Assembly: GCA_047495785.1 (NCBI GenBank)
Contig: JBLDXI010000042.1
Span: forward strand, 4,526,001 to 4,590,000
Direction: 5' to 3'
From: Lepidodermella squamata
Taxonomy: Eukaryota > Animalia > Gastrotricha
Length of the DNA: 64,000 bases
Each line of letters starts with the position of its first letter. Positions within the stretch are counted from its first letter, which is position 1. The notes beneath the pieces are model-generated. The model was not told the DNA's origin and did no database searches. It saw only the letters and a program-made list of their open reading frames with translations. Positions 23,124 through 34,522 of this stretch are shown here, piece after piece. A program made the translations under genes and the position numbers.

Positions 23124-25681
23124 ACTATACCCTCCTTCAGGGTGAACGTCGCTTTGAAAACGTGCGACATGGGCCCGGCTTCCTGGGATATTCCGCGTGA
23201 AACTTTGCAACTAGCTCCGAGGAATTTTGAACATTTGAAGCAGGTTCCCAAGTCCGTTCCTCCGGGCCGTAGCCACGCCACTCAACCAAATACTTCAATT
23301 TTCCACGCTCGAACTTGGAGTCAACGATAGATTCGACTTCGAACTCTTCCTCGCCATCAACTTCAACAGGCGGTGGCGGAGGCTGGGTTCGATTTTCGAT
23401 GACATTAGCGATGAAAGGTTCCAACAAAGAAACATGTACAACCGGATGAATTTTTATCGAAGCAGGGAGTTGAAGCTTGACCGCACGATTTCCGACCAAT
23501 CCTTCGATGAGAAATGGGCCCAACGGGGCCCAATGGGTAATCCAACTTCTTTGAAGGTCGATTCGTAGTCAAATTCGAAGCATTCAACCAGACCTTTCAC
23601 CCGGCTTAAAATCTGGTGCTTCTTGACGATGACGATCGGCAAATTTCTTGTAGTTTTGCTTAGCAGTTTCAAGATGGTTGGTCAAAACTTCAGACAAATC
23701 GCTTAGCTGCTTTGCTCGAAATTCGGCTCGAGGTACTTGAGTAGTGGACGGTGTCGTAAAATCGAAGCGAGGATGAAATCCGTAATTTGCGAAAAATGGC
23801 GAGGCTTTGATTGAGTCATGAATGGAATTGTTGTAGCAGAATTCGGCAAAAGGGAGTAGTTCGAACCAGTTATCTTGTTGATAGGAACAATAGTAGCGTA
23901 GATATTGTTCAAGGCAAGAATTGACACGTTCTGTTTGCCCGTCAGTTTCCGGGTGAAACGCCGTCGACATTTTGACTTGACAATTGAGTAATTCGAGGAA
24001 TCTTCTCCAGAAATGCGACGAAAATTGTGTTTCGCGATCACTGATGGTATCCTCCGGCAGGCCATGGAGCCGAAAAACTCGATCCAAAACAGCTTGCGCC
24101 GTTTGCTCAGCAGTCGGTAGCCCCGGAAATGCAATAAAATGAACCATTTTAGTTAAACGATCCACAATCCACAACATTTAAAATACAGGTCATACCGTTA
24201 GATGGCGGAAGTTCAACAACAAAATCCATCGAAATCGAAGCCCAAGGTCGGGTCGGCGTCGGTAACGCCTGGAGGAGACCGTAGGGTTTGTGACGTTGAT
24301 TCTTGACTCTGGCGCAAGTTTCGCACGAGCGAACGAAGGTCCGTACGAAGTCGCGTTGTCGCGGCCACCAGTAATCTCTTGAGACCAACTCGAGCGTTTT
24401 CGCAATTCCAGGGTGCCCAGCGATCTTTTCGTCGTGTCGCGACTTGACGACTTCGAGACGCATGGATTCTGGCACGTAGATTAGATTCTCGTACATCAGG
24501 ATCTCATTTGATAAGCTCAATCGAGTCACGTCGAGATTGATCGAGGCACGTTTTCCGGCGAGCAAATTGCGAGCAGCAATGACAAACTCGTCCTTCTCCT
24601 GGGCATTGCGAATGCGGCCATGCCACGGGTTTTCCGAGTAAACAAACGAGCGAAGAGCCATGATTTTCAAATTTTTTGAATGTAAAACAAATTCAGGTTC
24701 GGTTACAGCGACGGAGGACCGATCTTCCGATTTCCTTGAGAGCGCGTCAGCCTTACCGCCTTGTGACCCAGGCCGAAACTTGATGACGAAGTCGAACCTT
24801 GCAAAGAGCATCGCCCATCTTGCTTGGCGTTGGTTCAAAACCTTCAACTTCGATTCGAAGAACTCCAAGTTCCGATGATCAGTGTAAACTGTTATTTGAT
24901 GGCGAGCGCCTTCAAGGTAGTGACGCCACTGTTCAAACGCGACCTTGATTGCCAGCAGCTCCTTGTCATGTACGCCGTACCGTTGTTCAGCCGCTGTGAG
25001 GCTTCGAGAGTAGAACGCACAAGGATGAAGATGACCATCTGCCGCCACTTGAGAGAGAATGCAGCCAACTGCGTAATTGGACGCATCGGTTTCAACAGTG
25101 AATGGCTTCCTTGGATCAGGGTGAATCAATACGGGCGCTTGCGTGAATCGCTTCTTCAACTCCATGAAGGGTTCTTCAGCTTGACGGCTCCAGACAAAGA
25201 CCGAATTTTTGCGCATCAATCGAGTCAGCGGTTTCGTTATCGAGGCAAAATCTCTAATAAACCGACGATAAAAATTAGCAAAACCTAAAAAAGTTTGAAC
25301 TTCCCTGAGGTTGGTCGGGCTTTTCCAGCTTCGAACGGCTTCGACCTTCGCTAGCGACATGGTGATCCCATCCGTGCCGACAAAAAATCCAAGAAACTCC
25401 ACTTTCTCAACTTCGAACTCACATTTCGTGAGCTTAGCGAACAACTTGTTTTCTCGAAGCCGTTGTAGCACCATTTTGACGAGAATTTCATGCTCGGCCA
25501 GCGAATTTGAGAAGATCAAAATGTCATCTAAATAGACGATAACAAAAATGTCGATCATATCCCGAAATATGTCGTTCATAAAATGTTGAAATGCCGCCGG
25601 GGCCCCGGACAATCCGAAGGGCATAACCAAATATTCGAACAGGCCGTAGCACGAACGAAAGGCTGTCTTCCATTCATCCAT
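23124..25681 (-). mobile_element. Ty3/Gypsy chromovirus-type pol remnant (RT-RNaseH-integrase-chromodomain), frameshifted and 5'-truncated
   Basis: YLDD, TDAS, the HHCC zinc finger, ISMDF, PETDGQTER, a GPF motif and the chromodomain EFEVESIVD..YLVEWRGY..TWEP are all present. A polypurine tract is followed by TGTAAC (LTR start) at 23124. A possible LTR end lies at about 22419. Confidence 0.93.
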
Positions 25682-26880
25682 TCATTTGTGGAGGAGTAGT
25701 CCTAACGCAATCTGGCCAGTCTCGCGGTACTTCCTCGCAACTTCTTCATTTTCGAATTCAACTAGGACGTAACCAGTAGTTTTTGATTTTTCCGGGTTTG
25801 TTAGCCAGGCTGCCTTTTTGACTTGATGGCCAGTTTCTTCGGTGAATTCTTTCACATCATCTGTCGTGAGTGCGCCTTTGATAACAATACGAAAGGCGTC
25901 TCTCGGATCGACTTTCTTGGGAGCGTCCCCTGGGCGGTGATTGAAACCTTGCCTTCAAATGTTTCGGACGGCATTTGAAATTTCAAGAAAAAATCATCCG
26001 CTTTGCTCCGATATTCTTCCACAGGGAGCAAGAAGACTCCGCCTTTAGGGAATATGGTGATCTGCTTGTATCTTATAACCGGTGCTATTTTTTCGAGGAA
26101 TTTCATAAGTAGCTTGGGTTCTTTCGGCATGTTTTTGGCTCCGTCGATGGTGATGCCGAACGACTGACGGTGCTGGGGCTGTTTACCCTTCTCCTCGGCA
26201 GGATTCTTCTGAGTTCCTTGCTCTGGTTGCGCACTTTTCTCGACAGGTTTGCGTTGGTCTTTTTTACCACTAGATTTTGGCAGGTCGACTGGTTGGCAGG
26301 TGTTTCCTCCAGTGGTGGCATAACTTTGTTTCGCTTGAACTGGTCTTCAAGTGCTATTTGTTGATGGATATCGGTTATAGGCTTCGACAATGCGCTTTTT
26401 TCGGTCTTTGTTGAGGGTGCGCCATGCCATAATCGAGGCTCGACAGGATGGTGCAGTCAGTAGCGTCATGAGATTCGAGCTCGGCTGGGAACTTTCGAAC
26501 AAAGTGATGAAATCCTTGACGAATTTCGTTTCCAATTTCTTATCGGCAATCAGGGTCTTGTAGCATTCAATTTTTAGGGTGAATTGGTCGACTGAAATCT
26601 TGTCAGCTCTTCGCTCTCCGCTTTCTCGCATCGCCTCGGTTCGCTTCCCTAAAACTGCTTTTTTGGTAACAGGAGATGCCTGCGAATCCTCAAATTCGGA
26701 ATTCGATGGTTCTCGCAAATTTTGATGTTCATGTTCAGTTCGGGGCAATTCAATTTCATCGATGTCCGAATCACTAGCATAGTCGTATTGCAGGCAGGCC
26801 TGGCAATTCGAATTTTCGCCACAATAATCATGATTTTTAGTGTAGATTTCAGAGGCATTAGATCGATATTCAAAGTGCAA
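25682..26880 (-). mobile_element. Degenerate non-LTR retrotransposon ORF1-like region
   Basis: Frameshifted ORFs include IVIKGALTTDDVKEF...TTGYVLVEFENEEVA, which resembles an RRM/pre-C2HC ORF1. Confidence 0.45.
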
Positions 26881-27159
26881 ATTTCTTTGATTTTTGAAAA
26901 CGACCTAGCGCTTCTAAAATTGTAGAGAAATTGCGATTTCATAAAAGCGCCATAATGTAATGATGAACCATGGTGGCGCGATTTTATTTTGCTTGGAAAT
27001 ATTTTTGTGCGCCCTGTCAATTGTAAAGCATCATTATTTCTCGCATATCTTCTTGATTTGCAATTTTTTGAAACTTGGTACTAATTGAAAAATGTAATCT
27101 CGATGCGCATGATATAACACATGATATAATGGACTTGTTCAATTCGGGCGAGCTGACTT

Positions 27160-27400
27160 GTGGTTTTCTTATCTACACCATCATCTACACCAGCGACCTG
27201 CGCTCACCAAGTGGGACCTCACTGGACGCCTATGCTGACGACCTCACCCTCGCCAGCACGGGCGCTCCGTTGTCGAAGCTCGGACGAACGCCCAGTGCGA
27301 GGTCGATCGAATAGCCACTTGGGCTACCTTAACGCCAGCAATTCAATGCCTCTTTCTCTCGCCAGCCACCAGTCATCCGCTTTTACACTACACCATAGGT
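27160..27400 (+). mobile_element. LINE reverse transcriptase fragment
   Basis: IYTSDL...AYADDLTL motif. Confidence 0.6.
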
Positions 27401-27769
27401 GGGTTTTTCATCATGCTCGAACTTCGATTGTCCTCGACTGTGATCAAGTCAACAAAATAATAACAATACTCTAATTTTCCGGTTCAAGCCCGAGGTCGAG
27501 TGGGTTGCAGCAAAGAAAAATCACCCTCCAATTCGACAAGATATAAGCTTCTACAAAACGTGACATGATTGTAATTTAAGACTGCGCCGTGTGACCCTCG
27601 ATAATTTCTGACTGCGTGTCCATTTTTAACAAACAGCACCTAAATGCTTGTTTTATTTTCTTCGCTCCCATTAGTGATGAATCGACGCGTCAATCGAAAT
27701 TAAGTAACCGATGAAATGATATGAATAAATTTAGAGATTGGTCAAAGAACATTTTGAATTGAGTAATGA

Positions 27770-27815
27770 AAACCGCAGAATTCGTGCATTAGCCAATGCA
27801 CGAATTCTGCGGTTT
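27770..27815. repeat. Perfect 21-bp inverted repeat with a 4-nt loop
   Basis: AAACCGCAGAATTCGTGCATT-AGCC-AATGCACGAATTCTGCGGTTT. Confidence 0.9.
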
Positions 27816-27884
27816 CCATAGAGAAGACTTAATCTTCATAAGAATCTTAAAACCGGCTAAAAACAGGTAGAATTCCGACCGAAC

Positions 27885-30800
27885 TCATTCGTTCTGACCC
27901 GCAGAAACCGTATCAGGTGCTTTCTCCGCTAGAAACTGAACAACTTCAAGGTGGCCATTTTGAGCGGCAATCAACAGCGGCGTTGAGCCTGTGTTGTCAG
28001 CAGTGGAAACCGTATCAGGGGCTTTCTCCGCTAGAAACTGAACAACTTCCAGGTGGCCATTTCCAGCGGCAACCCATAGCGGCGTTGAGCCTGTGTTCTC
28101 AGCAGTGATAACCGTATCAGGGGCTTTCTCTGCCAGAAACTGAACAACTTCCAGGTGGCCATTTTGAGCGGCAATCAATAGCGGCGTTGCGCCTTCGTTC
28201 TGAGCAGTGGAAACCGTACCAGGGGCTTTCTCTGCCTGAAACTGAACAACTTTAAGGTGACCATTTTGAGCGGCAATCCACAGCGGCGTTACGCCTGCGT
28301 TCTGAGCAGTGGAAACCGTATCAGGGGCTTTCTCTGCCAGAAACTGAACAACTTCAAGGTGACCATTTTGAGCGGCAATCCACAGCGGCGTTGCGCCTTC
28401 GTTCTGAACAGTGGAAACCGTATCAGGTGCTTTCTCTGCTAGAAACTGAACAACTTCCAGGTGGCCATTTCCAGCGGCAATCCATAGGGGCGTCGAGCCT
28501 GTGTTCTCAGCAGTGGAAACCGTATCAGGGGCTTTCTCTGCTAGAAACTGAACAACTTCCAGGTGGCCATTTTTAGCAGCAATCCATAGCGGCGTTGTGC
28601 CTGTGTTGTCAGCAGTAGTAACCGTATCAGGTGCTTTCTCTGCTAGAAACTGAACAACTTCCAGGTGGCCATTTCCAGCGGCAATCCATAGGGGCGTCGA
28701 GCCTGTGTTCTCAGCAGTGGAAACCGTATCAGGGGCTTTCTCTGCTAGAAACTGAACAACTTCAAGGTGACCATTTTGAGCGGCAATCCAATGCGGCGTT
28801 GCGCCTTTGTTGTCAGAAGTGGTTACCGAGTCAGGTGCTTTCTCTGCTAGAAAGTGAACAACTTCCAGGTAGCCATTTCCAGCGGCAAACCATAGCGCCG
28901 TAACGCCGTTGTTATCCGCTTCAAATACAGTTGCGGGTGATGTTTCAAATATCAGAGCAACTGCTGCTAAATCACCGTTAATCGATGCTATTTTCATAGC
29001 CTCCTCTGCTTCGGTTATGTTGAAAAAACACTTCGAAGCTGTTACGTCTCGCTTTAAAACTGCTTCCAGGAAATCGGAAGCTTCGTTCCTGCTTATCAGC
29101 GTGTGTAACATCGTTCTTGCCGCATATCTCCAGAGAAACCCCGTAAGAAATTTCGTTATTTCGTTTCTCTCATATTTCAGCGTCTCAGTCTCGTTGTCGC
29201 TCCAGACTTGCATCAGAAAAGCTAAGTTGCCGTGCTCTGCTATGCATTTGATGTATTCTTGATTTCGATGCAGCTTTCGCAAAATCCATGCTATCATTCG
29301 ATAGGACTGATGCGTGCCATACTGCTTGTAATCATCGTTCTCTCGTCGGCGAAAATTGTCTTCCCACTCTAAGCCATACAGAAAATGGATGAAAGACTTG
29401 CCCTCGCTTTCGCTCATCGATGTACAAACTTCCAGCAATGCTTCGTTACCCAAACACTCCAGAATATCACGTAGCAGTTTTCGATGAACTGCTTTATGCT
29501 TTTGACCAGCTCTGCCCTTGAAAAATTCAAAAAGCATCATCTCGACTTTCGAAGAGTTCCCTGTTTGCAGCAAGAATACTCGAACTTTGTCATACAAATC
29601 CGCGGCATTTGAGGCTGCTATGTTGAAATCTTTCGCTGCTCGCCGAAAACCAGCCTCCCAAAGCAACTGATGCGTGAAAGAGAGTTCTAGCCCTAGCCCA
29701 GCCGTCCTGATAAGTCCTTGCTGGTCAAAGGCATTAAGGACCTCTTTGACTTTCAGGTTAGGTGCCAGTTGGTGCCACAACATTTTTAGATATTCGACGG
29801 AAATCGGAAAGTTTGGCTGGAATAGCAAGAAGGCGTAGAAACATTGCCTATAGCCCTCCCCTAGTCGTTCGAGGGAAAACTGCAACAGACTATCAACGGT
29901 TTGTTCTTTGAAACGGGGATCGCCGCCGTTAATAGACATATCAAAGTCTATAGACTTTTGCGCAACGAACTCTTCATACTCCTCGTCCCAATCGTAATTT
30001 CCGAAGCGGAAGCGGTTGGCAATAAGAGACATGATCAGAGGCAAACCACAGCACATTTTCGCAAGGTCAGCTATCTTTTTCTCGGCGTTTGATTTAAATT
30101 TCTTTTTCAGTTCGCACACATTTCCAAGATACTCTGCAATAACATTAAACTCGAGGCTATCAATCTTCTCTAATTTGTGGATGAGCTGCCGCTGTCGTAC
30201 CAAAATCGGATATGGGTCTCGTGTTATGACGCAGCAGGACATTTCCGACTGCTCTTGCACGAAGTAGCGAAGTAATTCAATGTTGAACATATCATCGAGG
30301 ACGACTAAGACGCGACGGCGATATTTCTCTCGGAAATACTCGCTGATGTGAGGTAGTTCCGATCCAGTGAACTCAGCAGAGGTTTTTTTAGCGAGGGAAA
30401 TAAGACTCTCCCGGAAATCTTTTTGGTCCGAGTCGTCGAATGTTGTACCTTGCCACTTGAAACACCGAAGCCACAGAACAACCGTTGGAGATTGCAACCC
30501 CGTCGGTACATCAATTCTACCGAGCAAATTTGCCAGCAACGCAGATTTTCCAACGCCTCCCTCGCCAGAAACGAGCAGTATACTAGTATTTCCTAAGAAC
30601 CCATTTCCGATTTTTTATGTATAATTTCGTAGAAGAAACAGCCTACCTTCCGTTCGATTATTGCATATTTCGATTAGATGTTTCATCATAGTATTTTCAA
30701 GATCATTCCGCTTTAAATAGTTTGGAATGTTGATAGGTAAGCTTGAAGCGTAGAATCGATTCCAGACAACGGTTTTTCGAGCGGGAATTCCAAGATTTAG

Positions 30801-31357
30801 GCGGATTTGGCGGCAAATTTCACTCGCGTCGTCCTCAAAATGCATGGCTTCGGTGCGTAAGTTTACATAGAGTAAATCTTTCAGTTCAGGCTTGTCATCC
30901 AAATTGCATTTCTTGTCCAAATGAACGAGGAGTAGTTTCTTTTTTAAATCGCAAGCATAATTGAATTCGAAAGCGGAATTAGAGCCTTCACGACGGTATT
31001 CTTCACTTAGGAAGCAAACAACGATATCAGCCGAGTCGATTCCCTGTTAATGTAAGACATAAAACAAGGGAAACTCAAAAGAAACTGAAAACTTGCTGCC
31101 TTCATCCTATCCGTAAGACTACCGTACATGTCATTTTTATCGAAGAATACGTCAAAGTCGGGCTGCTGGCAGAGATAGTCGTTAGCGACTTTCCAGACGT
31201 CCTCTTTCCGAGATCTCCACGAATAGCTGACAAATACACGAGGTTTTTTGATACTAGTAACTAAATCTGACGCTTTCGTTGTTACTTCATCTCCGGGAGT
31301 GGCCTGAAATTGAATAGACACACTCGATTCAGCTAACATTAAGATGAAACGTACCAT
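27885..31357 (-). CDS. TIR - NB-ARC (STAND) - ankyrin repeat protein, NLR-like (coding exons 31357-31355, 31303-31097, 31043-30647, 30592-27885)
   Basis: TIR: VFVSYSW, FFDKNDM, GIDSADIVVCFLS, NSAFE. P-loop: GEGGVGKS. Walker B: VLVVLDD. Also VITRD, CGLPL and an MHD-position THQ. Ten 34-aa ankyrin repeats follow. The 51-54-nt introns restore one frame; intron 2 needs a GC donor. Confidence 0.88.
27894..28913 (-). repeat. Ten tandem 102-bp coding repeats (ankyrin)
   Basis: Consensus NxGxTPLWIAAxNGHLEVVQFLAEKAPDTVSTAx, near-identical at the DNA level. Confidence 0.95.
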
Positions 31358-34300
31358 AGTTCCAATCTACGATTTGAATGCTAAAATCACTGAAATTTCT
31401 AAAAATCGAAACAATATTTTATGGAAGATGCGGAAGACATGCAATCAAAGTTGTCTAATTCGAAAAAATCGTGCCACAAAAATTAGTCCGGATTAGGCCC
31501 AGTCGGAAAAATTTGTCACTGGACGAGAACATGACATTATTAATGAAATTTAGTTTCGTGAAACTGAGGAACGATAAGCCAAAATATAAACGCTAATAGT
31601 TTAATTTCGGTTTAAAAAGCCGTGGTAACAATGCGCAGATAAAAAAGACTAAAGACAGCTAAGCACCCACTATCCAGCGGAAATGTTACCTATCAAGCGG
31701 CCCCCGGACCATAAAAATGCAAAAAAGTGTTGCGCCAATTTAATCCAAATCAAACAGCGCTCTGCTTATCAGTTTGTTATTTCATGTCATGTCGTAGTCT
31801 TTGAGGCAGCTCTTTATAGAAACTATTCAGCATTTTAGCTCTGTCTCTCTCTTTCTCTCCTTCTCTTCTCGCCTCAATCTGCGCCTGCCGGCGTTCGTTA
31901 TCTCGTTTTGAAACTGGTCAAACAATGCAGCTTGTTTGGCCAGTTTCAAAACGAGATAACGAGTAATGAAGGATAATAATAATAATAATTGGAGTAATGA
32001 AGGAGCCGCAACTGTGTGTGGCCGACAAAGGCGTATCAGATCGAAAGGCGGGCGCGCGCGCGCAGTACTTGAGCCCTTATTATACGTATTATGCGCGGTC
32101 ACGTGATCGCGAGAATCAATGCAAACCTTCCGGGACTTTTCAATCAAAAACCATAGATGATACTTGGATGCGACAAAAAGCAGTAAAAGCAGTAAAATGT
32201 GAGGACGATTGGGATAGTTTTTATTGCTGTAGCATTTATGGTTGTTGAGATATAACAAATTATCGCAAATTCAGCCCTTTTGTTCCGGGACTTTTCGTAT
32301 CAACACCGTTAATCGCATATTTTTAATGTTTATACCATTGGGAGAGTTTTCTTTTAACAATAGCACTTACGGCTGTGATGCAATGATGCGCCAAACATGA
32401 CTATGTTGCGCGCCCCTCGCTCGCTATTTCTCGCGCATTCGCGCGCGCACACACGCCAATTCCTCATCGTTCAAGAGCACTTGAGACGAACGTAACTACA
32501 AGATGGTGTCAAGAAAATGAAGAAATGAAGAAATGCAGTGATGCTTCGCTCTTCATCGTCGAATACCTGCTACCTGTTAATACTGTAAAATTCCTGGGAT
32601 GAGCCTGTCGGACCAGCGTTACTTACGATTCAAGCGAAAAGCAGATGAGGAAAGCCCTGATGGCACTGCTTTTGTGAACAGACTGAGAGCTATGAGGCCC
32701 TATACGCACGGCGTCAGGCGTTTTCAACGAGGCGTGGGATCCCTTAAACTTTAGTGCCCTGACATCTGCTCAGAGGAAGGTACGCGATGGAGTCCGCGCT
32801 CTAGGTGAGCCTCCGGTCCTGAGGGCAGGACCCAATAAGCAGGCAATGCCCGCTTGGCTGGTATCAGCCGCCAGGTACGCATCCTGGCTTCAACTTTCAC
32901 TTGGGCTAATGCCCTATGTTAGAGCGTGGCGGTGTGCGCCAATTGCGAGCACTGCACGTGCGTGCCAACCCGTTGGTACGCCATATCCGTACGGCTTTTC
33001 TTGGCTGCATTAAGTTTGCAGTTGGTTTGTGGGTTTGATTGGACTTGTGAGCTAATGGCTCACTTGAGGGTACTTGTGGCCCGTTCCGCAGACCCAGTGT
33101 CCTTAACAAAAAAAAACGGACCTTTGCACTGGAACCTTGACGTGGTGGTACCGCTTGACCAGCTAATGATCCAAGGCCTCACTGTCAGGGAAATCCTGAA
33201 TGTGCTATATCTTGTTGGTTGCCTAATGCCAGTGCCGTCGTCAGGCTGCCTTCAGTGTAGCCGCGACAATAAGGACATTCAAACACTCTCTGCCGACAAC
33301 TGCTATTATTGTTATTTCCTGCCCAAGTGGCTGTCGGCCATGTCTTGGCCATACACATGGATGAGATCTTAGCAGTAAGCAATGCGAACTGTTCCACAGC
33401 TTGGCGGCAACCCGCTGGGATGTGTGCCTCTGAAGACCCGACCCGGCTTAGATCCGACTCGGGGACAACCCCGAGGCCGCGTATTCAGGCCTCGTTTTCG
33501 TTCGTTTCGTTCTAATAGGTCTAGTATGGGTCTAGTGGGAGTTTGGTCAAAGTGAAGCCGACCTAGCTGGGCCTAGGTATCCAGGCCTGAAAACCAGGCC
33601 CGAAATAGGCCCGTTATTTTATGAGGCATTGTTCAGTTTCTTCCATTAGGCCGATCAGTGGTCTAGGTAACCATGCCCGGAAAATTCCAGAGCATATAAT
33701 GTAACCAGAATCTAGCAACAGTTTTAAATGAATAGATTTCTCGACAACCTGCGTACTTAAAATAAGTTTCTAAGGATAAACTTAGAAATTAGATTTCCGG
33801 TATTGATCCGTTAAGACTTAAGACATAACAGGTTGCAAAAATCTTGACGTTTCAGGCTATACCTAATCTGGCTATAGCGTACTAATGACTATGTGTGTGC
33901 TACGTGGATACCGATTTCCCCATTAGATTCCCCAGGCTACGTTGGAAACATTTAAACATTTAACAACATAAAAATCATGGACTCCCTCCAATTGCTCTAT
34001 GCTCCAACTGCTCCAACCTTACTTGCCTTCACACGTGCGTCAGAAAATTGAAGAAACCGATTTGAAACTTAGGGTAAGGTTACCTAAATGTGCATAAAAT
34101 ATTTCGACTTTTTTCAAACACTTGTCATTCCATAACCATGGGGTTCTTCGGGCTCATATTTTGACCATCGACAGTCAGAACCCATTTCAGTCAGCTCACA
34201 AAATCTCATGAGCTACGTCCTCATCGTTAGCGAGCCACCGCTGCTCAGAGTCAGCAAAAAACGCTCGAGGGTGCCCTAAATTTGCATAAAAGCCAAAAAG

Positions 34301-34522
34301 CTCCTGAACCTAAACTGCATGCTCGCTCAATATGGACGATTTCGGGCTACCAATTTCGGGAATGGTACTTCGAAACACGCTGAAGAACCAACCGGCCAGA
34401 CTTTAGCTAATCGATACTCCGGCCGATCAGCCAGATCTGTGTCCAACTCTGGACTGAGACTGCGACGATATGCCTCGATCTATTATATAGAATTAGCCAT
34501 TTCGCAATTATTATTACTGTAT

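Noticed and set aside
27894-28913. CRISPR array or non-coding satellite
   Set aside because: The units are contiguous 102-bp in-frame ankyrin codons with no unique spacers, in a eukaryotic context.
27917-30624. Plus-strand ORFs over the NLR gene, and similar shadow ORFs over the GPCR, pol and Harbinger genes
   Set aside because: They are antisense shadows with no motifs of their own.
31827-32258. 143-aa and 83-aa ORFs
   Set aside because: Low complexity, no recognisable domain and no clear splice support.
32480-33520. LTR element remnant (TGGTGTCA PBS-like site, DTGS protease-like motif)
   Set aside because: The motifs are short, on opposite strands and surrounded by stops, which is insufficient support.
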